DNA from: a virus
Taxonomy: Duplodnaviria > Caudoviricetes
Strand: one strand, 5' to 3'
DNA: 64,000 nucleotides
IMG/VR virus record: IMGVR_UViG_2706795407_000001
Location: 1 to 64,000 of that record
Made by a program: the position numbers and the translations under genes. Below the pieces are notes generated by a model, which saw only the letters and a program-made list of their open reading frames with translations, made no database searches and had not been told where the DNA came from. This document shows, one piece after another, positions 44,870 to 53,700 of this stretch (position 1 is its first letter; each line of letters opens with the position of its first letter).

Positions 44870-45262
44870 CTACAGTGGCGAGTTGCGGGCCATGTTGGTT
44901 CGCCGCTCTGACTTCAGGTCAGCTTGCGCACCCCGTCGGGCCCCCTTCCTCGTGGCGAGCCTCGTAGGGTGGGATTGCCGGAGGTATTCCTCCATTTCGC
45001 GCACCTGGTCCTCGTTGACCAGCCCGAACCGGAGCTTCAACTCTCCTGCGGTCATGCCGACGCTTTCGAGGTCCAACCCTTCAGCGATGAGATCGATCTC
45101 ATCGGCGCTGGGGTAGTCGTCTTTGGCTGCGCGGAGGTAGTAGGACTGATTGAACCGTCCTAGTGCGGCTTGAATGTCCTTGACCTGCAGTTCGCCCTTG
45201 AACACTTCAATGACAAGGAACTTCTGCAGTTCGTATCCGGTCTCGCGGTCTGTGCGTGCCAT
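44870..45262 (-). CDS. Immunity repressor (putative)
   Basis: Divergent from cro; DIQAALG...SYY, SADEIDLIA, LRFGLV pattern resembling cluster K-type repressors; leaderless TAAGAT-7nt-ATG. Confidence 0.7.
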   Translation of the reverse strand: MARTDRETGYELQKFLVIEVFKGELQVKDIQAALGRFNQSYYLRAAKDDYPSADEIDLIAEGLDLESVGMTAGELKLRFGLVNEDQVREMEEYLRQSHPTRLATRKGARRGAQADLKSERRTNMARNSPL

Positions 45263-45399
45263 GTCCCGAATCTTAGTCTCATGTTTTGTTCAAGCACAAG
45301 TGTTCCGACCTGCGGATATTGACTTGGCAACGGGCAGATTCGTCTCATTTTGAGGTTTAGTCTCCACAAAAGTGGATAGGTGGTGCTAATCTTGGGCAC
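45263..45399. promoter_or_regulatory. Divergent repressor/cro control region
   Basis: Minus -10 TAAGAT (45270-45275), plus -10 TAATCT (45387-45392), each 7 nt from a start codon; operator TCCACAAAAGTGGA at 45363-45376. Confidence 0.7.
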
Positions 45400-45705
45400 G
45401 TGCCACAGTTCATCGACGACCCCAGGTGGTCAACGGAAAACGTCTCGAAAATCATGCAACACAACGGGATCCACAGTCCTGCGGACTTGGCAAAGGCGAT
45501 ACCGATCAGTCGCGCCACGCTCTATCGGGCGTTTGGGACGAATTGGTCAGGCAGAGCAACGGAACGGTTGGTTGAGGCCATCGCCGTCCGGTTCAGGGTT
45601 CCGTCTTACCTACTCGTGAAGGAGTCGCCATGCTCTGCGCCGCAGCCCACCAAACGTCCCGAGAGCGGCAAGAGAAACCGCTCAGGGTCGAGGGGTGACC
45701 GGTGA
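45400..45705 (+). CDS. Cro-like HTH protein
   Basis: SPADLAKAIPISRATLYRAFGTNWSG HTH; divergent from repressor. Confidence 0.75.
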   Translation: MPQFIDDPRWSTENVSKIMQHNGIHSPADLAKAIPISRATLYRAFGTNWSGRATERLVEAIAVRFRVPSYLLVKESPCSAPQPTKRPESGKRNRSGSRGDR

Positions 45706-46484
45706 CTAAGAATCTTGTCAACCCGTTCCTGTCGAACTTGGGGTTTGTCCCCGATGAGACGGTGGAGTACGCGCCCGGTCGGAAACTTGACGTGTTTCTC
45801 CCCGACAACCCCGATGGCGCGCCAGTGCTGATGTTCGTGCCGGGCGGGGCTTGGGTGATCGGTTCCCGAAAGTTTCAGGGCTACGGATTGATGTCTCGCC
45901 TGGTGGATCAGGGGTGGATATGCGCGTCCATCGACTACCGGACCGCCCCAAAGGACCGGTGGCCTGCCCCGTTTGAGGATGTTCGGCTCGCCTACGAGTG
46001 GATCGCTGACCATCGCTGGACATATGGCGCTGGCCCCGTGCTGGCGGTGTCGGGGGCGTCGGCCGGGGCACACATGGCATCACTGCTGGGCCTGACTCAT
46101 GCCCGAACCCCCGACGCGGTGGTTTCACTCTATGGCGTTTACGACTGGACTTCTTCTCGTCTTGATCATTGGTTGATCAATCGCTTCGTGGAGACGGTGG
46201 TGGCGAGCCGTGACAAGCAGGCGTTGCGGGAGGCGTCTCCGATTCATCACGTGACGGATTCTGCGCCGCCGTTTCTCATCCTGCATGGGGATAGGGATTT
46301 GATCACCCCGGTGTCTGGGGCGAGATTGTTCTATAACCGACTGGACGATGCTGGTGTGCCGGTGTGGTACCACGAGGTTGCGGGCGCTGTCCACGGTTTT
46401 GATTTGTTGGATCATGGTCAGGCTAATCGGGCGATTGATTCTATCGATCTTTTCCTTTCCGGCATTCAGGAGATGGCAGCGTAA
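45702..46484 (+). CDS. Alpha/beta-hydrolase esterase/lipase
   Basis: VPGGAW oxyanion region, GASAG nucleophile, HGDRD, HGFD. Confidence 0.9.
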   Translation: MTKNLVNPFLSNLGFVPDETVEYAPGRKLDVFLPDNPDGAPVLMFVPGGAWVIGSRKFQGYGLMSRLVDQGWICASIDYRTAPKDRWPAPFEDVRLAYEWIADHRWTYGAGPVLAVSGASAGAHMASLLGLTHARTPDAVVSLYGVYDWTSSRLDHWLINRFVETVVASRDKQALREASPIHHVTDSAPPFLILHGDRDLITPVSGARLFYNRLDDAGVPVWYHEVAGAVHGFDLLDHGQANRAIDSIDLFLSGIQEMAA

Positions 46485-46933
46485 TGAGCCTCTTTGAAGG
46501 CGCGCACCGATTAAACAATGTAAATCATGAAGACTACTGCAGGGTAGAAGGATGCGACCGACCCCGGATCGCGAAAGGTATGTGCGCGATGCATCGCGGG
46601 CGCAAGGTACGGGGAACTTATTTGTACGGCCCGCCCCGCAGTGGACCGCGACCCTACTTCGACTGGGCAGCATGCGGAACACCCGCCCAGGCCCGTAAGC
46701 ATTACCGACTCAACATCCCCATCTGCGAGCCATGTAAAGAGGCGGATAACCATCGCCGTAGGGAACGCTCTATACCGGGGCGCGTGTCAGGCCCATGGAC
46801 TGCGGATGAGGATGCGCAGATTTGGGACGGATCGGTGCGGGACGTTGCCTTAAAGCTGGGCCGGTCTTCCGATGCGGTAAGAAAGCGCCGCGCACTATTG
46901 AAACAGAAACGAGGTAATGCATGTTTGCGGTGA
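46484..46933 (+). CDS. Zn-finger/HTH DNA-binding protein
   Basis: CRVEGC...CAMH, CGT...CEPC, C-terminal WTADED...LGRSSDAVRKRR. Confidence 0.6.
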   Translation: MSLFEGAHRLNNVNHEDYCRVEGCDRPRIAKGMCAMHRGRKVRGTYLYGPPRSGPRPYFDWAACGTPAQARKHYRLNIPICEPCKEADNHRRRERSIPGRVSGPWTADEDAQIWDGSVRDVALKLGRSSDAVRKRRALLKQKRGNACLR

Positions 46934-47298
46934 CGAGAACGTCATGGCAGGCCGAAGGGGCGTGCGTCGGCATCGACAAGCCGGACATCTTTCACGACGA
47001 TGAAGATGACGCCGCGCAGGCTGAAGCTAAGGCAATATGCGCCATCTGCCCCGTGTGGCAGGAATGCTTGTCATACGCCATGGTCAACCCCGATCTGACT
47101 GGCATTTGGGGCTGCTATAGCGAGGGGGAGAGGTATTCGGCGCGGATCGGGCATCGCCAGCTCCTAGGCCCCGCGTTCTGCGACTGGTGCGATTCAGCGT
47201 TCATTCCTACACGTGTTGGCATGCGCTTCTGTGGCGATAGGTGCAGGAAAGCGCACCACAAAGTAGAAAAGAACGCGAATATCCAACAACCCGCATAA
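46921..47298 (+). CDS. whiB: WhiB family transcription factor with C-terminal Zn ribbon
   Basis: C-x22-CAIC-x5-C and GIWG; extra CDWC...FCGDRC. Confidence 0.88.
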   Translation: MFAVTRTSWQAEGACVGIDKPDIFHDDEDDAAQAEAKAICAICPVWQECLSYAMVNPDLTGIWGCYSEGERYSARIGHRQLLGPAFCDWCDSAFIPTRVGMRFCGDRCRKAHHKVEKNANIQQPA

Positions 47299-47439
47299 CC
47301 GCGTGGTAAGCTAGTTTCACAGCTCGCCAAACAGGCTAGAGCAAACAAAGACTTGAAACATCCGGCGCATAGTCGCCAACAAATCAAACATATACAGACT
47401 CACTCCCAGGGTATGCGTAGGCCGCAGTAACGGCAGATC

Positions 47440-47784
47440 GGCGCGGGTGGGTTACAAAATATTCAAGTGAACGGGTAAGACTGGTCACAGGAACCCTTAT
47501 TTCAGGGTTGCCCATCAGGATTACTCCTGGTCGTTAGCCCCTTTCGGCGCGTAGACCCCGCTTTTCGCGGGAGGATTAAACCTTTCTTACCCAAAAACTA
47601 TTGCAGATGGTATGGGCGATATTTTTCGCCTTGACCACCCCCTTTGCGGGGTGAGGGAGAACTGCAAGCGCACAGCCGGGATGGTCCGGCACTTCTGTCA
47701 GGTTCAACTCCTGTGTGCGCACGAATCGCGAAGGGTATCGAGCCGGTCAGCTTCAGGCTGAATGACGGAACCTCTTCGCGATTC
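47440..47784 (+). ncRNA. Candidate structured non-coding RNA locus (serial hairpins)
   Basis: About 500 nt with no credible CDS; at least 7 hairpins including an 11-bp GAATCGCGAAG / CTTCGCGATTC stem. Confidence 0.45.
47668..47721 (+). ncRNA. tRNA-like element lacking an anticodon arm
   Basis: Acceptor GCGCACA/TGTGCGC plus A, D-like GCCGG-GATGGT-CCGGC, T arm CAGG-TTCAACT-CCTG. Confidence 0.55.
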
Positions 47785-47786
47785 TC

Positions 47787-48068
47787 TTGCCCCTTGAAAA
47801 ATCGGGAGGTTTCATGCTGTCTATGTTCGATCCTTACCAGAAGGTTCTTATTGCAGCCTATAGGGCGCTGGCGGATGCTGAGCCTCCTAGCCGCGCGGAG
47901 CTTCGCGAGCTGCCGCAGTCATTGAATGCGCGGACGGTTGAGCACCTTCGCCCCGCTCTGCGGGAGCTGTCCCGCTCGGCGGGCGTGCACATCGGGAATT
48001 CTGATTGGGGTAGCAGTGGACATTTGTTGCCACGCCAACGACAGGTCCGGGTCACCAAGTCGCGTTGA
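47787..48068 (+). CDS. Hypothetical protein (possibly frameshifted with 47926-48195)
   Basis: ORF track; probable start at MLSMFDPY. Confidence 0.45.
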   Translation: MPLEKSGGFMLSMFDPYQKVLIAAYRALADAEPPSRAELRELPQSLNARTVEHLRPALRELSRSAGVHIGNSDWGSSGHLLPRQRQVRVTKSR

Positions 48069-48195
48069 GTTTCTGGCGGAATTGATTTATCTAACTTCAC
48101 ATCAAGACGGTTATGGACGGTCTTGGCGCTCGGTCACCGACAAACAAAGGTGGCGCAGGGTTGCTGGGGCCGTCCTTTCCGCATTAGGGGATTGA

Positions 48196-48270
48196 ATGAT
48201 TGAACTTATCGTGTTCGTTGTGATCGCCGCGTTGGCCTGTTTCGGCGCATGCAAACTTAAGGACTTCTAG
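48196..48270 (+). CDS. Tiny membrane peptide
   Basis: MIELIVFVVIAALACFGACKLKDF, coupled to next gene. Confidence 0.45.
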   Translation: MIELIVFVVIAALACFGACKLKDF

Positions 48271-48437
48271 TGACTAAAGATTCGTTCATCCGTGAGGCTC
48301 TGGCGGATGTTCAAAGCCTCAAGTCGGACATCATGGCAGCGCTGGGAAACAGCACTTCGGACATGTTTTTGAAGGCCAGTTTCGTTGCCGGTTGTGACAG
48401 TATTGACGAGAACTTGAAACGAGCATTGGTGTCATGA
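48270..48437 (+). CDS. Small hypothetical protein
   Basis: Read by hand, GTG start, 55 aa, overlaps both neighbours. Confidence 0.5.
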   Translation: MTKDSFIREALADVQSLKSDIMAALGNSTSDMFLKASFVAGCDSIDENLKRALVS

Positions 48438-48559
48438 GCGCTTACGGTTCTGCCGCTATTGGCCTGATGGTCGGCGCGGGTTCTTTGTGTGTCGGCGTTC
48501 CTTTGATTGTTTCCGTGTTCATCGCCGCGCTTGTCGGTATAGCAGTATTGGTTGGATAA
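48434..48559 (+). CDS. Small membrane protein
   Basis: MSAYGSAAIGLMVGAGSLCVGVPLIVSVFIAALVGIAVLVG. Confidence 0.5.
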   Translation: MSAYGSAAIGLMVGAGSLCVGVPLIVSVFIAALVGIAVLVG

Positions 48560-48787
48560 ATGACTGAAGTACGTATCAGGCATGAAGACGATGCTTCTAG
48601 CGCGTTCCTTGCGGATGTTCCTGTCGGCGAGGTTGGTGATGTGATCAGGTCTCTTGCCGATTGGGGTGTGGAGCTGCGCACCACCGAAGATTGTGTTGAT
48701 TGGCGGGGCAAGTCGCTTAGCGGTTCATTCGTGTATGACCAGGTTCGCGACTCTGCTTATTTCGAGATTGTGCTGAGCGATGAATAA
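48560..48787 (+). CDS. Hypothetical protein
   Basis: Coupled ORF. Confidence 0.6.
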   Translation: MTEVRIRHEDDASSAFLADVPVGEVGDVIRSLADWGVELRTTEDCVDWRGKSLSGSFVYDQVRDSAYFEIVLSDE

Positions 48788-48950
48788 GTGGAGCGTCCGC
48801 AGGTGGAATGGCGTGTGGGGTATTTACGAGCCAGGCCGTACTTGGCCTCTGGATTCTGAGGCGGACCACGCTTGCGCGATGGAGGTTGCGCGGCGGTACG
48901 CAATCTTTGACGAATTGGTTAACGGCCACCTGAACATGGAGGTCGACTAG
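48780..48950 (+). CDS. Small hypothetical protein
   Basis: MNKWSVRRWNGVWGIYEP...AMEVARRYAI; similar to 49397-49564. Confidence 0.55.
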   Translation: MNKWSVRRWNGVWGIYEPGRTWPLDSEADHACAMEVARRYAIFDELVNGHLNMEVD

Positions 48951-49252
48951 TGGAAAGTCCGAAGCACCGCCAGGTCGAGGTGCAGGGCGTTCTGGTCGAT
49001 GAGGGTATCGCTGGGCTGTTGCGTCGCCTGTGGGCGCGGGACATGCAGACCGACGCCTCGTGCCAGGGCGGACCGGGCTCGGCGTATCTGATGTTCTCTT
49101 TCCTGGAGGATGCGGTTGATTTCCTCAAGGGCAGCATCGAGGCTCTGGATTTCTACGGGTTCGACCTTGCGCCGTTCTCATCCCCTGACGGTCCGAGGGG
49201 CCGGGTGATTTTCCCGCCCGAGGCTATCGGCGCTCTTGAGGAGGTTTGGTGA
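48950..49252 (+). CDS. Hypothetical protein
   Basis: VDEGIAGLLRRLWARDMQTDASCQG pattern. Confidence 0.65.
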   Translation: MESPKHRQVEVQGVLVDEGIAGLLRRLWARDMQTDASCQGGPGSAYLMFSFLEDAVDFLKGSIEALDFYGFDLAPFSSPDGPRGRVIFPPEAIGALEEVW

Positions 49253-49404
49253 GGTACGAGATTTTCTATGACCGCAAGAGCGCCCGATACCGCGTTCAGG
49301 CAGGCGAGGGTGAACAGTCTTCGTCTTATTTCCACCATATCTGGTCGTGGCTTGGTGAGGCTGTTGAGCCGGGTGACACGATTTATTGGAGTATTGATGC
49401 GTAG
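49249..49404 (+). CDS. Small hypothetical protein
   Basis: Read by hand, 51 aa, overlaps both neighbours. Confidence 0.5.
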   Translation: MRYEIFYDRKSARYRVQAGEGEQSSSYFHHIWSWLGEAVEPGDTIYWSIDA

Positions 49405-49564
49405 GTGGCTTGTTAAGCGATGGCCCTCCTATCGAGGGTTGGAGTGGGGCGTTTATGACCCTGATTACCCGTATGGTTCTCCGTGGGATTCGGCGGATAC
49501 TCAGCTTGAGGCAATGGAGTTGGCGCGGAAGTACGCTATCTGCGGGAAGGTGTGGGAGTCATGA
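49397..49564 (+). CDS. Small hypothetical protein
   Basis: MRRWLVKRW...WGVYDP...AMELARKYAI. Confidence 0.55.
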   Translation: MRRWLVKRWPSYRGLEWGVYDPDYPYGSPWDSADTQLEAMELARKYAICGKVWES

Positions 49565-49815
49565 CTGCCCCACTGATTGAAGTGGTGGATCTTAGCGACT
49601 TCGAGTTCAGTATTCAGTGCGAGGAACCGGGCTGTAGGGATACTGCCGATGTTATGGCTAAGGGATGTTCTGACCATGACTTTCACGGGTTGTGTTTCTA
49701 TCATTTGGCGGCCGTGAAGAAGCGTTTCGATAACGGTAGACACAAGACCGTGTGCGATGGATGTAATCGTCCGTGGTTGTTTTTTGAGACGCATTACACG
49801 GTTGCCGATATCTGA
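49561..49815 (+). CDS. Cys-rich hypothetical protein
   Basis: CEEPGC, C...LC..H, CDGC. Confidence 0.6.
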   Translation: MTAPLIEVVDLSDFEFSIQCEEPGCRDTADVMAKGCSDHDFHGLCFYHLAAVKKRFDNGRHKTVCDGCNRPWLFFETHYTVADI

Positions 49816-49826
49816 CTTGGAGCGCA

Positions 49827-50210
49827 ATGGATGAAGTTTTCACCCCGCTAGACGATCTGCGCACACCACTGGAAATCACTAATCGTATGCAGTGGGTTCT
49901 GCACTATCTGCGGAAAGCAACCTATGTGATCAATGAGTTGCGGGACGATTTCGTGGAGAAAAAGAACGCCTATCTGAAGGCCTCTAAAACTTTCCAGATC
50001 AGCATCGCCGGTCAGGGGAGTAGGGAGGATCGGGAGAATAGGGCGCAGATTGAGCATTGGGAACTGTACGAGGCCATGACGGTAGCGGAGAAGGCTTTAC
50101 AGTTCGCGCGGGAAAAGAAATCTGACCTTGAGGCGGAGCTGTCGGCTATTCAGTCGGAAACTAAACTTGTGATCGCCGAGCAGCAGTTGGCGGGACGGAT
50201 CGGCGCATGA
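49827..50210 (+). CDS. Coiled-coil hypothetical protein
   Basis: Helical E/K/A-rich, 127 aa. Confidence 0.65.
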   Translation: MDEVFTPLDDLRTPLEITNRMQWVLHYLRKATYVINELRDDFVEKKNAYLKASKTFQISIAGQGSREDRENRAQIEHWELYEAMTVAEKALQFAREKKSDLEAELSAIQSETKLVIAEQQLAGRIGA

Positions 50211-50311
50211 GTTTCGACAATCAGATTCGCCTGTTTATTCTGGGCGCGGTCATTCTCTGGATTCTGCTTGACCTGGCGATGCGGGAGAATAGTTACGGAG
50301 CCCGTCGTTGA
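50207..50311 (+). CDS. Tiny membrane peptide
   Basis: MSFDNQIRLFILGAVILWILLDL; ATGA overlap upstream and TTGA overlap downstream. Confidence 0.5.
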   Translation: MSFDNQIRLFILGAVILWILLDLAMRENSYGARR

Positions 50312-50631
50312 CGGGGTTTTCTGCCACTACCCGAAACATCATCCTTGAGAGAGCGGATTTCGTCTGCGAGTTGTGCGGGGCCAACAGTGTAGAGAACCTG
50401 CATCATCGGAGGGCGCGCGGGGCAGGCGGATCAAAAAATCCGCAAACCAATACACCGGCTAACGCTTTTGCTGTCTGTTTCGAGGATCATGCGCGCATCG
50501 AAAGTTACCGCGCTAAAGCTCTAGAGAATGGGTGGCTTGTTCGGCAGGGGAAGAATCCTGCGGAGGTTCCCATTCTTTACCGTTCTCGGTTTGCGTTGTT
50601 GGATGAGTTCGGCGCGGTCCACTACATCTAA
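50308..50631 (+). CDS. HNH endonuclease
   Basis: CELCG...LHHRRARGAGG...NAFAVCFEDH. Confidence 0.8.
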   Translation: MTGFSATTRNIILERADFVCELCGANSVENLHHRRARGAGGSKNPQTNTPANAFAVCFEDHARIESYRAKALENGWLVRQGKNPAEVPILYRSRFALLDEFGAVHYI

Positions 50632-50639
50632 AGGTTGTC

Positions 50640-50918
50640 ATGGTTGAGCAATTCACTGCTATAGCGGATTGTCCTAAATGTGGGCGTGTAGCTGTGCATT
50701 GGTTGGATTCGCCGCGACACCCTACAGAGCAGGATTGGGCCGATTATGAGCGCGCGATGCGCGAATACGATCCGTTTGAAGAGTGTCTGGTCCGGAATTG
50801 GGCGGGGGATGTAGTGAAGCGGATGCCAGCAATTCCGCCACCCAAGCGGCCGGTCGATGAGGACGGTTCCGTTACGCGGGTGTGCGTTGACTGTGGTCAC
50901 AGATGGGGCGTGGAATGA
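50640..50918 (+). CDS. Zn-ribbon protein
   Basis: CPKC and CVDC pairs. Confidence 0.6.
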   Translation: MVEQFTAIADCPKCGRVAVHWLDSPRHPTEQDWADYERAMREYDPFEECLVRNWAGDVVKRMPAIPPPKRPVDEDGSVTRVCVDCGHRWGVE

Positions 50919-50933
50919 AAGGGGAGCTAGATC

Positions 50934-51218
50934 ATGACAGATGTTCTAGTAGATCCCATTGCGGAGTTGGGGGAACAGTTTTCTGATGACATCCCGTGCG
51001 GCGGGAACATCTTCCCCCTGTTGAGGGATTGTCCTGACCAGGCTCCCGCAGTGTTTATCAGTGTTCACGCATCGTGTGACGCCGCTGATCCGCAGGACTT
51101 GAAGTGCGCGGATTGTTACGCCATCTGGCTTCGCGCGCATAAAGACAAAGGCACATTGTTCATCAGTTGTACTTGCAGGGTGAGGATGCGCCCAGAGGAC
51201 TGCTATAGGCCGATATGA
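50934..51218 (+). CDS. Cys-rich hypothetical protein
   Basis: Multiple Cys, coupled to next gene. Confidence 0.55.
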   Translation: MTDVLVDPIAELGEQFSDDIPCGGNIFPLLRDCPDQAPAVFISVHASCDAADPQDLKCADCYAIWLRAHKDKGTLFISCTCRVRMRPEDCYRPI

Positions 51219-51658
51219 GTGATAAAAAACGCGAATGTATTGACTGCATAGAAGCGGGTATCACGACCGGCAGGGACGCGCCCCATCCAGGTCCCAGATG
51301 CGCCACCCACTGGCGGGCGAAGAAGAAAGAACGCAGCCAGACTGCCAGGGCTCGCCGCTGGGAATCGGTTTATTCCATCACTGCCGAGCAGTACGCCGCC
51401 ATTCTTGAGATTCAAGGCGGGGTGTGCGGATGGTGTGGCAGAGCCAATGGCAGAACAAAAGCCCTATCTGTCGACCATGATCATTCTTGCTGCGATGGCC
51501 CGACTAGCTGCGGTCGGTGCGTTCGCGGGATTTTGTGCGGTCCTTGCAATGTCCATTTGGGTTACATTAGGGATTCTAAAGAGGCGGTGGAGAGGATCGC
51601 CGAATACCTCAAGAACCCACCGGCGAGGCGAGTGCTTGACATTTGGCGTGGCGAATAG
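51215..51658 (+). CDS. Endonuclease VII / Holliday junction resolvase-like
   Basis: ITAEQYAAILEIQGGVCGWC, SVDHDH, RGILCGPCNVHLG. Confidence 0.85.
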   Translation: MSDKKRECIDCIEAGITTGRDAPHPGPRCATHWRAKKKERSQTARARRWESVYSITAEQYAAILEIQGGVCGWCGRANGRTKALSVDHDHSCCDGPTSCGRCVRGILCGPCNVHLGYIRDSKEAVERIAEYLKNPPARRVLDIWRGE

Positions 51659-51712
51659 GTTCGCGCGGATTCCCAACTAGCTAATTGACAAATAAACATA
51701 GGAGAGAGTTCA

Positions 51713-53695
51713 TTGCTTTCGTTCCGTCTATCCGACAACTTCCTGGAACCGTACAAAACTCTTGAACCCGACTGGGGATGGTCGGACGCGGCAGGCAACT
51801 CCATCGGAGAACTTACCTTTGTCCGCACCTATTCGCGGGCAAAAGAGGACGGGTCAAAGGAACGCTGGTGGGAGGTTTGCGAGCGTGTCATCAACGGAAT
51901 GTACTCCCTACTAAAAGACCACTGCCTCGCACACAGGCTCGAATGGAACGGAAACAAGGCGCGATCATCCGCCCAAGAAGCCTACGACCGTATGTTCCAT
52001 TTCAAGTGGACCCCGCCGGGGCGCGGACTATTCCAGATGGGCACACCGCTCGTCATGGAACAAAAGAACGCCGCCAGCTTGCAGAACTGCGCGATGGTGT
52101 CCACGGGGGACATGGAACGCCACGATCCCGGCTATCCGTTCGCTTGGACCACCGAGGCACTGATGCTCGGCATCGGGGTGGGGTTCGACACTCTGGGCGC
52201 GGGCAAGTTCGACGTGCTCCAGCCCAGCGACACGGTAGATGCCTACGAGATACCCGACACTCGTGAAGGTTGGGCTATCTCGGTCGGAAAGCTCATCAAC
52301 TCTTACCTGAAACCGGGCAAGGGCAGGGTTGAGTTTGATTACAGCCTGATCCGCCCGCACGGCGCTCCGATCAAAACATTCGGCGGCACCGCGTCAGGAC
52401 CAGAGCCTTTGCGTGAAGGGCATGAGCGCATCCGCAAGGTGCTGGATGAGAATGCCGGGTCTCCACTGTCAGCGAAAACCATTGTGGATATTCAGAACAT
52501 TATCGGCACGTTCGTCGTGGCGGGCAACACCCGGCGCAGCGCCGAACTCGCATTGGGATTGCCCACTGACGAGGGTTTTGTGGACCTGAAAAACAGTGAG
52601 GTCTACCCGGAGCGGCCCTGGGCGTTCATGTCGAACAACTCCATTTCCGCAAGCGTGGGTATGGATTATTCACCGTTTGTTGCCAATACGGCCATGAATG
52701 GTGAGCCGGGGTATGTGTGGTTGGATACTGCCCGCAAGTTTGGTCGTTTGATTGATCCGCCGGATTATAAAGACGCTCGAGTTGCGGGGTTCAACCCGTG
52801 CGTCGAACAGCCGTTGGAGTCATACGAAAACTGCTGTCTTGTGGAGGCGCATTTGAACCGCGCGGAGTCTAAAGAGGATTTTCTGCGTACCCTCAAGTTC
52901 GCTTACCTCTACGGGAAGGCTGTCACACTCTTGACCACGCCGTGGGAGAAGACGAACGCGGTGATGCTTCGCAATCGCCGTATCGGGCTTTCTACGACTG
53001 GTGTGGCAGGGTTTGTGGAAGAACACAGTCTGGCCGAGTATCGGGCGTGGGCCGATGAGGGTTACAAGCGGGTGTCTCACTGGGATACGACGTATTCTGA
53101 GTGGTTGGGCATTCGTGAGTCGATTCGTAAGACGACGGTGAAGCCTTCGGGTTCGGTGTCGTTGTTGTCGGGTGCTTCGCCTGGTGTGCATTGGCCTCCT
53201 GGTGGCGAGTTTTTCGTTCGGGCTATCAGGTTTGGTGCTCATGACAATACTTGGCGGCTGCTCGAAAAGGCGGGATACAAGGTTGAGGATGATGTTTATT
53301 CTCCGAACACGAAGGTGGTGTTTTTCCCGCTGCGGTCGAGCGTGAAGCGTGCGGAGGGGGATGTCTCGATTTTTGAGAAGATTCATCTTGCGGCGGAGGC
53401 CCAAAAATACTGGTCCGATAATGGTGTTTCGGTGACTGTCTCGTTCAATCCTGATACTGAGAGCGATGCTGTTGGTCAGGTGCTGAGCATGTACGAGGGG
53501 CAGTTGAAAGCTGTTTCGTTCCTGCCTATGGGCAATGAGGTGTATGAGCAGCAGCCGTATACGCGGATCACTGAGGCTGAGTATGAGGCGTTGTCTGCTG
53601 GGTTGAGGCGTGTTGATTTGGCCGAGTTGTATAACTCGCCAGAGGATGCTGTGGGTGAGGTTTATTGCACCACGGATTCCTGCACGATTCAGTAG
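51713..53695 (+). CDS. nrdJ: Class II (B12-dependent) ribonucleotide reductase
   Basis: FVRTYSR, PPGRGL, NPCVEQPL catalytic motif, TVKPSGSVS, C-terminal CTTDSC. Confidence 0.95.
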   Translation: MLSFRLSDNFLEPYKTLEPDWGWSDAAGNSIGELTFVRTYSRAKEDGSKERWWEVCERVINGMYSLLKDHCLAHRLEWNGNKARSSAQEAYDRMFHFKWTPPGRGLFQMGTPLVMEQKNAASLQNCAMVSTGDMERHDPGYPFAWTTEALMLGIGVGFDTLGAGKFDVLQPSDTVDAYEIPDTREGWAISVGKLINSYLKPGKGRVEFDYSLIRPHGAPIKTFGGTASGPEPLREGHERIRKVLDENAGSPLSAKTIVDIQNIIGTFVVAGNTRRSAELALGLPTDEGFVDLKNSEVYPERPWAFMSNNSISASVGMDYSPFVANTAMNGEPGYVWLDTARKFGRLIDPPDYKDARVAGFNPCVEQPLESYENCCLVEAHLNRAESKEDFLRTLKFAYLYGKAVTLLTTPWEKTNAVMLRNRRIGLSTTGVAGFVEEHSLAEYRAWADEGYKRVSHWDTTYSEWLGIRESIRKTTVKPSGSVSLLSGASPGVHWPPGGEFFVRAIRFGAHDNTWRLLEKAGYKVEDDVYSPNTKVVFFPLRSSVKRAEGDVSIFEKIHLAAEAQKYWSDNGVSVTVSFNPDTESDAVGQVLSMYEGQLKAVSFLPMGNEVYEQQPYTRITEAEYEALSAGLRRVDLAELYNSPEDAVGEVYCTTDSCTIQ

Positions 53696-53700
53696 TTGAG

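Noticed and set aside
47668-47721. Calling the element a decoding tRNA
   Set aside because: No anticodon stem-loop; kept only as tRNA-like
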